From Octopus sinensis (taxonomy: Eukaryota): 64,000 nt of DNA. The position numbers and the translations under genes are program-made. The stretch's first letter is position 1. Each line of letters opens with the position of its first letter. Shown one piece after another: positions 12,126 to 25,309 of the stretch. Location: NCBI RefSeq assembly GCF_006345805.1, contig NC_043005.1, positions 32,054,001-32,118,000 on the forward strand. Reading direction: 5' to 3'. The notes beneath the pieces were generated by a model, which was not told the origin of the DNA, did no database searches, and saw only the letters and a program-made list of their open reading frames with translations.

Positions 12126-14691
12126 AAATTCTACAAATAGCAAATTCGCCCACAGAAAAAACAAAGATAATGGTTGATAAGTAATTTCTGTGCACAGCAT
12201 AATAATAAAGGATAGTAGCAGACAAAAGGAATTTCAGATAGGCATACATGTATATTTACATGTGTGTCTTTGCATGTCGTGTTGGCTATTAAATCTTTAT
12301 TTCATCTGCATACTTTTCTCTCTCACTTATGCTAGAGTAACTCATTAAAAATTCATTTATGTCCTACCCTGGAACCAAAGTTCTCTAAGTGCTCCTTGTC
12401 TTATAATCTGATACCCCCATACTTCATCCACCTACAACACTTTTCAGCTCTCTATCTGATTTTCATTACCTGTCTACCTGTCAGTATTCTTGAAAACCAA
12501 TCCAAATGTAATGAAAAAGTATTTATTATATATATATATATATTGGAAAATGTTAACCACTTTTCCATTCATAGATAGATATAGGTATTGACAAATAACT
12601 GTAACTTGTTGCATTCTGTGAAACCAGCAATATGTGGCTTTTTTCAAAAAGCTTAAGTATTTCAATATTCACAAAGAACATATTCAAATATTAGCAATCT
12701 GATTTTTGACAAAAATAAAATCTTCAGAATTTGTTTTGTTTTTATTTCTTCGGCAAAAAGTATAAAAACGAAAAATTATACCTTAATATGGCTGAAAAGC
12801 AACAGAATTTCTACATTGAATTTTTTTTTCTTTTTCTTTTATATTAAAAGACCAGAAAACTGATTTAGATTTTAATTATCCTTGCCATTTTCATATCATG
12901 GTTCTTACCATTAATCTCATTCTTTTCTTTTTTTTTTCCTCTCTAAACTTTCCTTAAGTTTCATCATTCATTTTCACCCATTTTTTTTCTTCTTTAGAAA
13001 TATATTCAAAAAAATCAATGGGAGTGAGGAAGTTGAGAGGCATCAAAATCTGTAAGTGTGTTCCTACCAACTAGCCTTATTCCTTGGCTAAAACAAAAAC
13101 AGTCACACTTTTCTCTCTTTCTCTCTCTGATATCAAGATCACAATCATTCATTTTCACATCACACTATCACAGAATATTTAATTTCAATGTCCTAATCTT
13201 TTTTTTTTTTTTTTCTTGTTCTTGCTTCTAATTACCTTAATGTTTTTTTTAATATTTTTTTTCTATAGATCTCAGTATTAGCTTTTTTTAAAACTGTTAA
13301 TTGACCTCGAAATTGTCACTATACAATATGGGCATTGTAAAAACTTATCTTTTGGCTTAAAATTGTGAACAAATTCATTTTGTCTTCTATCAGTAATCAT
13401 GAAGCTTGTTATATCATTTCCTTTAGCTCTGTGCACAATAATTGGCACCATCAGTGTTGTATTTTTTTAACATTCTGAAATTTGCTTGGAATCATTTGTC
13501 ATTAAAATTGAACCCAACACTTGGATATTAATTAGTATTTCAGGTTTGATTAGATGTTCATTTCATAATCTTTATCTTAGACTCCTTCCAAAAAGTATTG
13601 GTTACTAAATTTGAAATGAAAAGAAATAACTGTATCTGTTGAATGAAAGGTCATTTTCAAAGAAATTGTTCCTATATTTATAAAAGACATTTTGAAATTG
13701 TCTATATAGAAAGTTATTTGCTGCTTTTATAGTAACTAGCTAACACTTTATTCATTGATTGAATATTAAATTGACTGCACATGCTATGTGAATGGTGACA
13801 GTTCCACTATAGTCAATAATACAACTTTCGCATTATTTTATTGGCTTTCCCACGAAATTTATTCATTAAACATTTATCATAATATTTCTTTGAGAAATTT
13901 TGAAATTCAAGAATGTGAAAATAAATATTCCTTATCTATACTTTTAAGAAAAAGAGTGAAATCTTTGTATTTTCTTATGGTGCTTTAAAAAGATTTTTTT
14001 TACACATTTTGCTTTGATGCTTGCTGCAACTGGATAAAAATGGGAGTGGTGGATATGCATGCATTTTCTTTTCTTTGTAATTGTTATGATTAGGTTACTA
14101 ATTGTTTAGTAACTATTTCTTTAGTTCTCAGTCAAAGAAACTATCAACCTAAAGTTTTAAAATTTGTAAATACTGGGCACATTAAATATTAATGTTAGAA
14201 TATATCACAACTATACTAGGACGGATTGGGAAGTCTCCTGCTACATCCATCCATTTGATACCTGACGATATTGAGATGTCAGTCCACAGGCACTGCTGTG
14301 TTTGTTGTTGTTCAACAACATGAATATTGGAGATGTACTTGTATAACAAGTGACTTGATCTGAGATCATGTGCTGAAATTAAAACATTGCAGCATGGAAG
14401 GTGTTTTTAAGCCATTTAAGAACCACACAAAAACCATTAGTTTCACTTCAACATTTAAATTTAATTTGAGTCAAAACATTTTTGTCGCCTTGAAACTGTG
14501 ACTTGTTCGCTGGCAAACCTTTGTGCTGCTTCTGAGAAAGTAACAGTTCATGATATATATGTGTTTGTGTGTGTATGTGTGCATCTACGTATGCATATGT
14601 GTACATCCATATGCATGCATACACATATGTGGGTATTTGATTGATATGGGTGTCTGTTCAAGTTGTATATATGTGTTACTGTGTCGAAGGT

Positions 14692-14725
<34 letters not shown>

Positions 14726-15030
14726 ATATTATATATATATATATGTTCCTTTCACCACTGTCTAACCGTAAATAGATACATTAATATTAAAACAACAATG
14801 CTGATCTACAACTTAACTCTGCTACTATATGCACTGACATGACCACTTATTCTGTACACTTGCGGATTTATCCCACTAGTTTTATGTTTATCTTCCTGGG
14901 TGAAGCATTATATTATCTCTTTTGTGCTTAAAAATGTTTTTCATTATATCAAAGTATATTGAAAGACAAGACATAATATCTGTCCGTAAATTCATTCATT
15001 TTCACTTTTCCCATCTATCTTTTCCCTTAA

Positions 15031-15234
15031 CCCATTCGTTACCAACCCGGCTGAAACCAGCTCTGTAGTACAAATGTCTTGTTTTCATTAAAATCTTCCA
15101 CTAAACCTTAGTCACAATTTATGTTCCTAACACTAGTTTAATGATAACTAAGTTATTTTACTAAATTCTTTGTTATATTTAAAGTAATTGAAAGAAATAC
15201 AGCACATTTCAAAATAAATACAGTAATGAAAGGG
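15031..15234. mobile_element. piggyBac-type MITE
   Basis: TTAA at 15027-30 and 15235-38; TIRs cccattcgttac / gtaatgaaaggg. Confidence 0.8.
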
Positions 15235-15297
15235 TTAACACACCAACACTAGTTGTCAAGTGCTGTGGGGACAAATACAGACACGCACACACATATA

Positions 15298-15605
15298 TCA
15301 GTGGTTAGGGCATTGGGCTCACAATCATGAGGTAGTGAAGTCAATTCCTGGAACAGGCTGTGTTATGTTCTTGAGCAAAACACTTTATTTCACATTGCTC
15401 CAGTTCACTCAGACGTAGAAATGAGTTGCAATGTGACTGATGCCAAGATCTGTTGGCTTTTGGATAACATGGGTGGCATGGAGAGGGGAAGCTGGTATAC
15501 ATAGGCAAAAGCTGGTCTTCCGTAAAAAATCCTTATTTGAACTAGTGCCTCAGAGGGTAACTTTCAAGATGTAATCCCATAGTCATTCAAGACCAAAAGG
15601 GTTTC
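15298..15605 (+). mobile_element. tRNA-derived SINE
   Basis: tcagtggttaggg A-box, tcaattcc B-box remnant, then ttgagcaaaacactttatttcac core. Confidence 0.7.
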
Positions 15606-15642
15606 CTTGCCTGTACACACACACATATGCATATCTATAATA

Positions 15643-16916
15643 TTGGATTGAAGACTAATTTCCTGCCGTTTTTTTTATTTATTATTATTTAAAAGGCTTA
15701 ATGAAAAAATAACTAATTAGTCAACAATGTATTCACCATTGTTGTTTACAACTTCTTTCCAACATTCAACAAGATTTTCAACTCTAAAATCTCCCGATTT
15801 CAACTCAAAAATTATCCAAGCTCTCAATTCTGCATCAGTATTGAACAAAACTCCACGCATAGCATTTGAAAGAGATCGAAAGAGGTGGAAATCTGTTGGT
15901 ACCAAATCAGTACTGTATGACGTCTGTGGCAGCACTTCCCAGCCATGCGCTTGAATGGCTTCTTTGGTCATATTGGTGATATGAGGGCAGGCATTGTTGT
16001 GCAGCAGAAGAACTCCATGCAGCTGATTAGGTTTTTTCTCTTGAATAGCCATGTTGAGTCATTTCATCTGTTGAACATTGTACCACATTGACCATTTAGT
16101 TCCATTCAAGCAATTCGTAATGGATAATCCCTTCCCAGTCCCACCATATGCACAACAGCGTTTTATGCAGATGATCTTGTTTCACGTGTGGTGTCGCTTG
16201 TTTACCGGGACTAAGCCATTCTCTATGCTGCTTCATATTAATGTACACGCACCATTTTTCATTGCCCGTAACGATTCAGTAAAGAAATTGTTGCTTGTGT
16301 CCATGAGTTGAGCGGTGACAAGCAAGCAAACCAGCATAGATTGTGGCTCGTTGATTTTTGCTGTTGTCACTTAAAGCTTGCGGAACCCATGTTCCATACT
16401 TCTGAACCTTTCCCATCGAGTTAAGATGCTTCTCTATAGCAGTGTGGGAGCATTCCATTTTCTCTGCCAGTTCCCTTGTCGTTTGATAAGAATTTTCGTG
16501 CAAAAGTTGGTTTAATCGCTATCCATCAAACTCAACTGGATGGCCAGAACATGGTGCGTCTTTGAGGTCAAAATTTCCATTTTTGAGCTTGGCATACCAA
16601 TCACTAGCGATTCTTTCAGCTATGGCACCCTCTCCATACACAGCACAAATGTCGCAAGCTGCTTTTGCAGCCTTAGAACCTTGATTAAAAGCAAAAAGGT
16701 GGTGTTGAAAATGCTCGTTTTTTCTTAACTTGACATTCGATTTTAATGATCTGAAAATAAGCAAGAATTAACTAAACTTAACTAGGAAAAATAAAAACAA
16801 AATAGATTCCAAAATGATTAAAAATAGAATTCTTGAAAAAAATAGATCACAAAATTTAAAAACGCAATAAATTCCAAAATTTAAAAAAAAACACGGGAAA
16901 TTAGTTGCCAACCCAA
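15643..16916 (-). mobile_element. Full-length-sized degenerate mariner (Hsmar1/cecropia-like)
   Basis: TA-flanked TIRs ttggattgaagactaatttcc / ggaaattagttgccaacccaa; EHFQHHLFAFNQG, WVPQAL, LHNNACPH, YSTDLVPTDFHLF. Confidence 0.92.
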
Positions 16917-17809
16917 TACATTAAAAGTCAGTTTAAATCTTACTTGCTTGCACTGTTACCCAGCCAAACTGGCACATAATGGGAAAATACTATGAATTAA
17001 GTTTACCTTGAAATGTTAATAAGAAAGGAATAAAACAATTTTTGCATAAAGCAGACAAGTGATTTTTAAGATATTAGAGGTTTTTAGGGTATAAATACCC
17101 AAAACAGTGCATAATGGGAAAATATTCCAAAAGTGGTCCTAATCCTGAAAGGGAAGAAACTCTTATCTTTCTATTTGACACTGTGACTTGATAACGGAGA
17201 AGTATGTCTTTTTACAGTAAATGTTTCTATTTTTGCTTTTGTTAAATACAATATTTTAATCATTTTAAGTGAATGAGATTTCAAAAATATAAGTTGTTTG
17301 GGCAATGAGTATTTATATTTTAGCTTTCCTTAAACAAACAATATTTTAATGTTTTTTTGTTTTTTTTTTAAATTATTTTCAAGTGAGTAGCATTACAAAT
17401 AATTTTTTTTGGCCTATTTAAAATATATTTTAAAGTGAAAATTACTTTAAAAATACGGAAAATATTTTATAAAAGACCCATTCATAACCTCAGTGTGAAA
17501 TAGTTTTTTCCATGCTTTTTTTTTTTTTTTTTATAAGTGCATTCAACGTATTTATCTCCAGATTTGGCTGCTATTTCTAGCTTGGGCTGCTACCATGTAA
17601 CAGCTATTTGCATTAAAGAACCAGAAATACTTGTTAAGTGGTAGCAAATACCTGTTAAATGGCATGCAAGAAATAGCAGCCAAATCTTTCTTTTTCTGGG
17701 GAAAGGAGCCTTTTACGTGTGATTTCGATGTCGCATGCAAAATAACCTGGAAGAGAGAAAAATCCACGTAACAAAATTCCGTTGTTGGGACACACATTAT
17801 ATGGATGTA

Positions 17810-18200
17810 CAGGGGTTGGGCAGAATAATGGAAACACCTTAAAATTTTAAAGAAATTTATTTTAATATGGGGTAGGACGGCTTGAATTCTACAAGGCATA
17901 GAATTGTCCAAATTTGAATTGTTTCCTAAGGAATTTTTGTCCATTCTTCAGCTAATACAGTTTCCAGTTCTTGTAGTGATAATGGTGGAGGATATAGACT
18001 CCTTAATTGCTTTTCTAAAATGCACCGTAAATATTCAGTAATATTGAAACCTGGGGACTGTGGTGGCCAGATAAGATGTTCAACTTTACTAGAATGTTCC
18101 TCGTGCCATTCAGTAACAACTTCAGCTGTGTGAATTGGTGCATTATCATCCTGAAAGATTGTGTTTCCCTTCAGAAACAGTTCCACAACCATAGGATAAA
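17810..18200 (-). mobile_element. Tc1 3' fragment with terminal inverted repeat
   Basis: TA|caggggttgggcagaataatggaaacacc TIR; FQDDNAPIHT, WPPQSP. Confidence 0.85.
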
Positions 18201-18420
18201 TTGACTATTAATTCTGCTGTGAAGGGAAACCATTGGGCTTCACATCACAGAAGATCGAAGAGCTTGGTTGGGAAAAAATTCCTCATCCACCTTGTTCTCC
18301 CGACCTTGCTCCGCCAGACTAACATTTTGTTTCATAGTTTGCAGAATCATTTGAGGGACATAAATTTCGCAAGCCAGGAGGAGGTCAAAATGTATGTGAT
18401 GCTCAGGAGCAATAAATAAC
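18200..18420 (+). mobile_element. mariner C-terminal fragment
   Basis: QKIEELGWEKIPHPPCSPDLAPPD. Confidence 0.8.
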
Positions 18421-18509
18421 ACTTAAATTGTGCAGAGAACAACTTCCACCACATTCCAGGGAGAAAAACTAAACATAGTTGATAGCTTGCGTTACTGAGG
18501 GGACCAAGT

Positions 18510-19242
18510 CAGTAGTGGGGGAGGGTGCACTGAAAGTGTAGCTAATAGAATAAGAATAGCCTGGGCAAAGTTGAATGAGCTCTTACCTCTGCTGGTGACA
18601 AAGGGTCCCTTGCTCAGAGTAAAAGGAAGACTGTACAGTGCATGTGTATGAATAGCCATGCTACATGGGCTGTGACTGCTGAGGACATGCGTCTTCTTTT
18701 TACTCTGTGGAAGAGGTAAACCCATGAAGACCTGGGATGAAGTGGTGAAGCACGACCTTTGATAATTAGGCCTCACCAAGGCAATGACCAGTGACCAAGA
18801 CTTTTGGAAATATGCTGTGCTTGAGAAGACCCGGCAGGCAAAGTGAGACCAGGGGTCTAACCAGCCCACTCAAGCATATCTTCCCTTCATCAGACACTGC
18901 TTGCGAAGACCTGTTGAGGCAAGTGAAATCGAAATCAAATCCGTGTTAGTGGAGTACTAAGAGCACCATCGGGGCGTGATCTGTGCCAGTGTGCAGGTAG
19001 CACGTAAAAAAACGCTATTTTTTTGTGGCTGTTTCCAGTATTGCTTGAATGGCCCTCATTCCGGTGGCACGTAAAAGCACCCACTACACTCTCGGAGTGG
19101 TTGTCGTTAGGAAGGGCATCCAGCTGTAGAAACTCTGCCAGATCAAGATTGGAGCTTGGTGCAGCCATCTGGTTCGACAGGCCTCAGTCAAATCGTCCAG
19201 CCCATGCTAGCATGGAAAGTGGGCGTTAAACGATGATGATGA
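18510..19242 (+). mobile_element. 5'-truncated RTE LINE (RT C-terminus + 3'UTR + (GAT)n)
   Basis: RIRIAWAK..LLVTKG..RVKGRLYSACV; KTWDEVVKHDL; standard tail. Confidence 0.88.
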
Positions 19243-19250
19243 GATATATA

Positions 19251-19310
<60 letters not shown>

Positions 19311-19313
<3 letters not shown>

Positions 19314-20870
19314 TTTCCTGGTCTCTTGTTCTAAAAGTTCTAAGAATCTATCCGGTCAGCTGCCAGCATTTCATTGCCAATTTAGCAACATGCACATGAA
19401 AGGTTGCATCATAACTCATGTAAATGCCCAGGTCTCACACTGACTGTGCCTCTGGGATTGCAATCCCTCCAGGTGCAGTGTATTTATTGGGCATTGCATT
19501 TAGTTTTGCATGCTGATATCACAAGGCTTGAAACCGTTCAGCATTAAACTGCATGCTATCCTTTTTAACAACCTGTATATTTCATCCAGCTCATGTTGCA
19601 GGTGCATAATGTCTTCAGGGTTCTGTATTACCTGTGATACTTTTGTATCATCTGCATAACTTATGGCTCTCTGTGTGACTGAGGGCATGTCTGAGAGGGC
19701 CATTATGAACAGTAGTGGTCTCAAAACTGTGCCTTGTGGAACACCGCTCACTATTTGCGTGTCATTGGAGGCGGCCCCATTGGCTACTACCAGCTGACTT
19801 CTATCCTTCAGAAAGTCATGAAGCCATTCTCCCAATCTTCCAACTACGCCAAGATCAGGCAGTTAGTGACATCTCATTCCATGATTGACTTTATCAAAGG
19901 CCTTTGCAAAGTCAAGGTATATCACTTCCACATTTGAGTGGTTGAGCAGTTGTTTCAGCACCCAGTCATAAGTGTTGTAAGAGCTGAGTCAGACAGCTTC
20001 TTCCTGGTCAGAAACCATGTTGGGTGTCAGGCAGCAAGTCATTTTCTTCAAGGAAGGCGATTAGTTTTCTTCTGACTATTCGTTCCATGACCTTGCTAAT
20101 GTGTGAGGTCAGAGAGATAGGTCTGCAGTTCTTGGCATATTTTACCCTCCTTCAGTTTTCATGGTAGTTTGCCAGTTGCAAGGAAGCTCTGAAAGAGGGA
20201 CTGCAGTGGTCTTGCTAGGACTCACTCACATACTTTTAGAAGGATTGCTGGGAATCCATGAGGGCCAGTAGCTGAGTTTGGGTTCATTTCATCTGTAGCC
20301 CTTATTACATCGTCTTCCTTTATATTGATATAATCAATCATCGTTGCCACTGTTTTTATATCTGCAGTGGTAAAGAAGTCAGTTGGATTGCTGACTTGAA
20401 AGTGCCCTAGGGATGGAGGGAAAATACTTTTAAATTGCTCATTTAGTATTTCACTTATCCTCATTGGATTTCCTGTGAGTGTACCATCTCTTTCGAGGTG
20501 TGGCCCTATCTTGTAGTGCACCGAAGCTGTTTCTTTGGCAAACTTGTAGAAAACTCTGGAGTTAGATTTTATATTGTCTATAGCCCAGGCTTCTTTGTCT
20601 GCTCTTTTTTTTTTTTATGGGAGAGTTGCAGATTTTTTTCAATCTACAGCAGTTGTATTTGCAGGCGGGACTTTTCACTGCTTTCAATTTTTTGTTAAGG
20701 TAATTTGAAACTTTTGTACGCCGTCTCATAAGAATTTTCCTCCTCCTGAGGATTTTGTTCTTGTGTACAGTGGTCGTTCTCTCCGGGACACATTTGTAGC
20801 ATATGGCTTGCATTACAGACATGAATTGTTGAAGTTTCATGTCGATGTATAATTTAATATAATATGTCAA
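19311..20870 (-). mobile_element. CR1-like LINE fragment (linker + RT)
   Basis: SATGPHGFPAILLK, SGVPQGTVLRPLLFI, YADDTK; frameshifts and stops. Confidence 0.88.
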
Positions 20871-22080
20871 GATCCTATACTAATTTCTTGGTTTTTACTA
20901 TCCTACCTACTAATGGTTAACCTTGGATTATTTGGGGATTTCTGGGTTTTTTTGTATACATTTATATATTTTGCCTACTTTGTTGTTTATGTTATCGGTT
21001 ATCCATTAGCCAACCATAACATAGCCTTTCAAAACAATAGATGACCAATTAGATTACGGGACTGACCATAACCCCCTTCCTCATTTCCCGCAGGGCTTCA
21101 GCAACTCGATAAACAAAAAGTAACGGAAAATAAAGTATCTTGATTGATACCTGGGAATCTATTAATTTTAGTACCGATTAATATCACAAGTATTAATATA
21201 AACTCTAACCCACTTATTGTGAACCTTTATCTCAAGCCTCAAAAGAAAACATATAGCATGTTATATATATGTATGTGTGTGTGTTTGTTTGTATAATTAT
21301 ATGAAAAGAAAAATAAGCACTATTACAGTAATCCTCCCTTCTCAACACATGAAATGTTTGTGCATAAATATGTGTGTGTGTTCCTCATTTATATATCTTT
21401 TCACTCTTACAATACTACAATAACCTTAAGCGAGATTGATTATTTAAATTCCACTATTATTTTTCTTTTGATAATTTTCTCTTTCTTCTGTTTATACTTT
21501 ATCTAATAAGAATAATATGATACAACTAATAATAACAATAATTGATTCCGTTGTATGTATGTATTTATATTTATAACTTAACCTTATGAACTTTCTAAAC
21601 TCTCTGATGAAGCCCAGAGGCACACCCAAGTACCTTAATTTTATCTACCAAATGCTTCAGTGCACTTAAGTGGAAGTAAAGTAGGGTACTATGGCCTCTT
21701 GGCTGAAACAGCTGTAAGAAACTATTCTATTTTTTATGTATAGGTAAAGCATATAACAATATACATAGATGTATAAGAGATTAGTTGTTTTTTTAAAAGA
21801 TAAATAAGCATAATATGTCTAAAAGTTGATAAATACCACCTCCTGATCCCCTCCATTTTCTTCTTGCCATATAATTTAAGGGCAAAACAACTTTTTACCC
21901 TCACTTGTGTATTACATTCAGTAGTGTAATTTCCATGCAATAAAAAACAAGTGTATTAATAATTGGGTATTCTACCAGCAGTATATTGGGTAGACATTAT
22001 CCCGTCGTTAGTTGGATTCACAACCTCTAACTCTCTTGGAGTATGTATATGTGTGTATATATATGTATGTATATATAAAT

Positions 22081-22114
<34 letters not shown>

Positions 22115-22186
22115 ATACATATGTATATATACACATGTATATATTTGTGTGTGTATGTATATATATATATATATACACACACACAA

Positions 22187-22477
22187 TGGCTCAGTGGTTA
22201 GGGCAGCGGACTCGCGGTCGTAGGATCGCGGTTTCGATTCCCAGACCGGGCGTTGTGAGTGTTTATTGAGCGAAAACACTTATAGCTCCACGAGGCTCCA
22301 GCAGGGGATGGTGGACATCCCTGCTGTACTCTTTCGCCGCAACTTTCCCTCACTCTTTCTTCTGTTGGCCTACTCGCTTTAGCCAGCAAGGTAGCGTCAT
22401 TTGAAGGCTAAAACAATGCGAAGCGCATTGTGACCAGCAATGTGTAGCAACATCTGATAGCCTGGTTGGTCACGTGA
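22187..22477 (+). mobile_element. Well-preserved tRNA(Arg)-like SINE (probably octopus OR-type)
   Basis: A-box TGGCTCAGTGG, TCG in anticodon-like loop, B-box GGTTTCGATTCCC; family name is inferred. Confidence 0.8.
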
Positions 22478-23054
22478 TATATATATGTATGTATGTATAT
22501 ATAATAATGAAACCAAAATAATATCAATATAAAAATTAAGCACAACATGATAACCAGAAAGAGTCCATTGAAATGCATCTCTACAATCATTTCGAAGGAT
22601 GTTGCCTCACTTCATCAATGCAAAATCCAGTGAGGAAATCAGGGGAAAACTTACAAAGGTTTCACATTTCTGGTTGTCAACCTATTCCAAAATGGTGTAG
22701 GGAGGTAAGATACATTGAATGATAAAGTAATCAGACAAATTAAAATCAGAATTTAGTGGATTCAAGTGAGGATTTGTCCATTTCAAATATCAGTAATTAA
22801 GAGAAAGCAAATTTTTTCTCATTGTTATTGATGAGCACTGTTGTTTATAATCTCCTCCCTCATGAGACTGATGCATTTTTTCACATTCTTCCTCTTTGAT
22901 TTATTTTAATGCATCAATTGAAACTTACGTAGGTGATGTGGTGATATAAATGATATAAGTAACATCTTGAGCATTTGTGTCCATTTCCCATTCTCATATA
23001 TATATATATATATATATATGTATAGGTGTGTATATATATATACATGTTTCTATG

Positions 23055-23098
<44 letters not shown>

Positions 23099-23796
23099 AA
23101 ATTTGTGTGTATTTATATATACATGTGTATGTATATGTGTGGAGGTGTATATATATATGTTTCTATATGTATATATATATATATTTATATGTATGTATGT
23201 ATGTGTGTGTATATTTATGTATGTAGGCTTTGGACGAGTTGCAGCTTTAGTAGAAGACAGCCATGTATTTGGGAAGCAAGCTTCTTACTACATGATCACA
23301 CCTGCACTTTGGTTGTCACAAGTGTTGTGTGTTACCCAGACTAATAATAAACTTTCTACCAATCCTCAAATTATTGTCTCCCTCTATACAACAATTCAAG
23401 TAACTTCATACATCAAGATGCTCATTAATGTTCATATTTGGTAAAACATAGAATCTTTAGATAAGACATTGAAACAATATCTAATGCAAAGTTTGGCCTG
23501 ATACTAAACTTTAGCCTCTTGTTTTCCTATGGGATTTTTGGAATAAAGTCTTGCCTTTAGAACAGTGATTATAAAAGAACAAAAGAAATGTGCTTCATGA
23601 ACACATATGCTGGCTAATTTCAAAAACATGTAGCTAATGTGGATCCTCACTCCCCATTGTTATTGTTCAATGACCACTTACTAAATATCTTGTAGTAAGT
23701 TACATTATATTATTGATAGAAATATTTTGTTCTATGTCATTTTTTATATTTGTCAAACTTTCAATTTCCTAACTAATATGCAAACCTCTTTTGCAG

Positions 23797-23905
23797 ATTG
23801 GATCTTGGTGCATTACTTCAAAAAGCTCAAGACCCTGTAACAGAAGCTCAGTACATTGCTCAGTACAACCAGCAAGCAACAGAATCACTTAAAAATACTA
23901 TAGGA
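23797..23905 (+). CDS. UBAP2L: UBAP2L coding exon (R)LDLGALLQKAQDPVTEAQYIAQYNQQATESLKNTIG
   Basis: ttttgcag acceptor, GGA|gtacgt donor, phase 2/0. Confidence 0.87.
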
Positions 23906-24639
23906 GTACGTAATTATTTTTCACATGAATAATTTGATATGATTATTTATATTTGCTAAAATCATATGAAAATAAGTTAGTCGTTTTATGAAAACAATTT
24001 AAATTTACGATTATCTTGGAATTTAATTGAAACACTTAAGGGATGTATTTTTGTTAGAGATATAAAGAGGGTTATAGCTTAAAGCAGTTACAGATTTATA
24101 CACCTACATGTGTGTTTGTAGAAGACAATCCTCCAAGTGTTGGTGCCATGAAAAAAAAGGCACCCAGTAGACACTAAGTGGTTCATTAATTGGGTTAACA
24201 GAGCATTTGAGAGGGTCCTTTAGTCCTATTGAAAGCAAGACCTCTTTTGAATTGGTGTCATGAAGAAAAAAGATATACAAAATACATCCATTTGTAGAGA
24301 CCATGCTTGTCAAAATTAAAACATTTGAACAAGACATGGTCCTCTAATGTAAAATGATTATTTATGTATACTTACGGGGTTGGCCAAAAGTCACCCGATA
24401 GTAAATCAAAATTTCCTAAATACTATCTGTAATTCTGTGTGGACTCAAATGGGAAAATGTGTTGTTCGAGAAGGACTTCAGTTTGAATAATTTTCATGTT
24501 TCATATTTAGATGCTTTTATTAAATTCATTCAGTTGTTAAACATAAATAAATCTTGAAATTAGATAGTTTTGATTTACTGTCAAGTGACTTTTGGCCAAC
24601 CCTGTATATCATGATTGTTTTAATTTCCACTTTTCCATT

Positions 24640-24950
24640 TTTAAATGGGTTGGATGGAATTTGTTACGGTGGATTTTCTTCAGCTGGATGCCTTTTTTGT
24701 TGCCAACCCTCATCTGTTTCCCAGCAAGGTAATATTTCCCCATGACCAAGCATGTTTTCACAGAAGACTGGAAGTGAGGCACATGATGTCAAGACAGGAA
24801 AACAGTAACACACTTCTTTCAATTTCTGTCTACTATCTACCAAATCCACTCAAAGGCTTTCATGAGTCCCAGACTATACTGAGGACATGCCCACGGTTCC
24901 ACATGGTGAAACTAAATTTGGAACCATGTTGTTGGGAAGCAAACTTATTA
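24640..24950 (-). mobile_element. tRNA-derived SINE with RTE-like tail (same family as 7828)
   Basis: ctggatgcc tail, tctaccaaatccactc core, gggaagcaaactt head in reverse. Confidence 0.7.
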
Positions 24951-24985
24951 TGAAGCCCAATCTGCACTTGTGTGCAAAATTTTTC

Positions 24986-24987
<2 letters not shown>

Positions 24988-25025
<38 letters not shown>

Positions 25026-25236
25026 ATATATATATTATATATATATATTGTATATATATATTATATATATATATATTGTATATATATATTATATATATAT
25101 TATTTATATATATATATTATATATATATTATTTATATATATATATATATATATATTATTTATATATATATATTATATATATATATTATATATATATTATT
25201 TATATATATATATTATATATATATATTATATATATA

Positions 25237-25305
<69 letters not shown>
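24988..25305. repeat. Interrupted (TA)n satellite, ~320 bp
   Basis: TA runs punctuated by TT, TTG and TTATTT. Confidence 0.95.

Positions 25306-25309
<4 letters not shown>

Noticed and set aside
12570-14180. AT-rich stretch possibly derived from a DNA transposon (a TDGA-like peptide near 13440 on -)
   Set aside because: No TIR/TSD or second motif found; cannot be classified by eye
22187-22262. tRNA-Arg(TCG)-like gene
   Set aside because: No complete acceptor stem and it continues into a SINE body; a SINE head, not a tRNA
23906-23915. Alternative donor GTAATT at 23910
   Set aside because: Would shift the frame by 4 nt relative to the next exon; the 23906 donor gives the expected KNTIGIG
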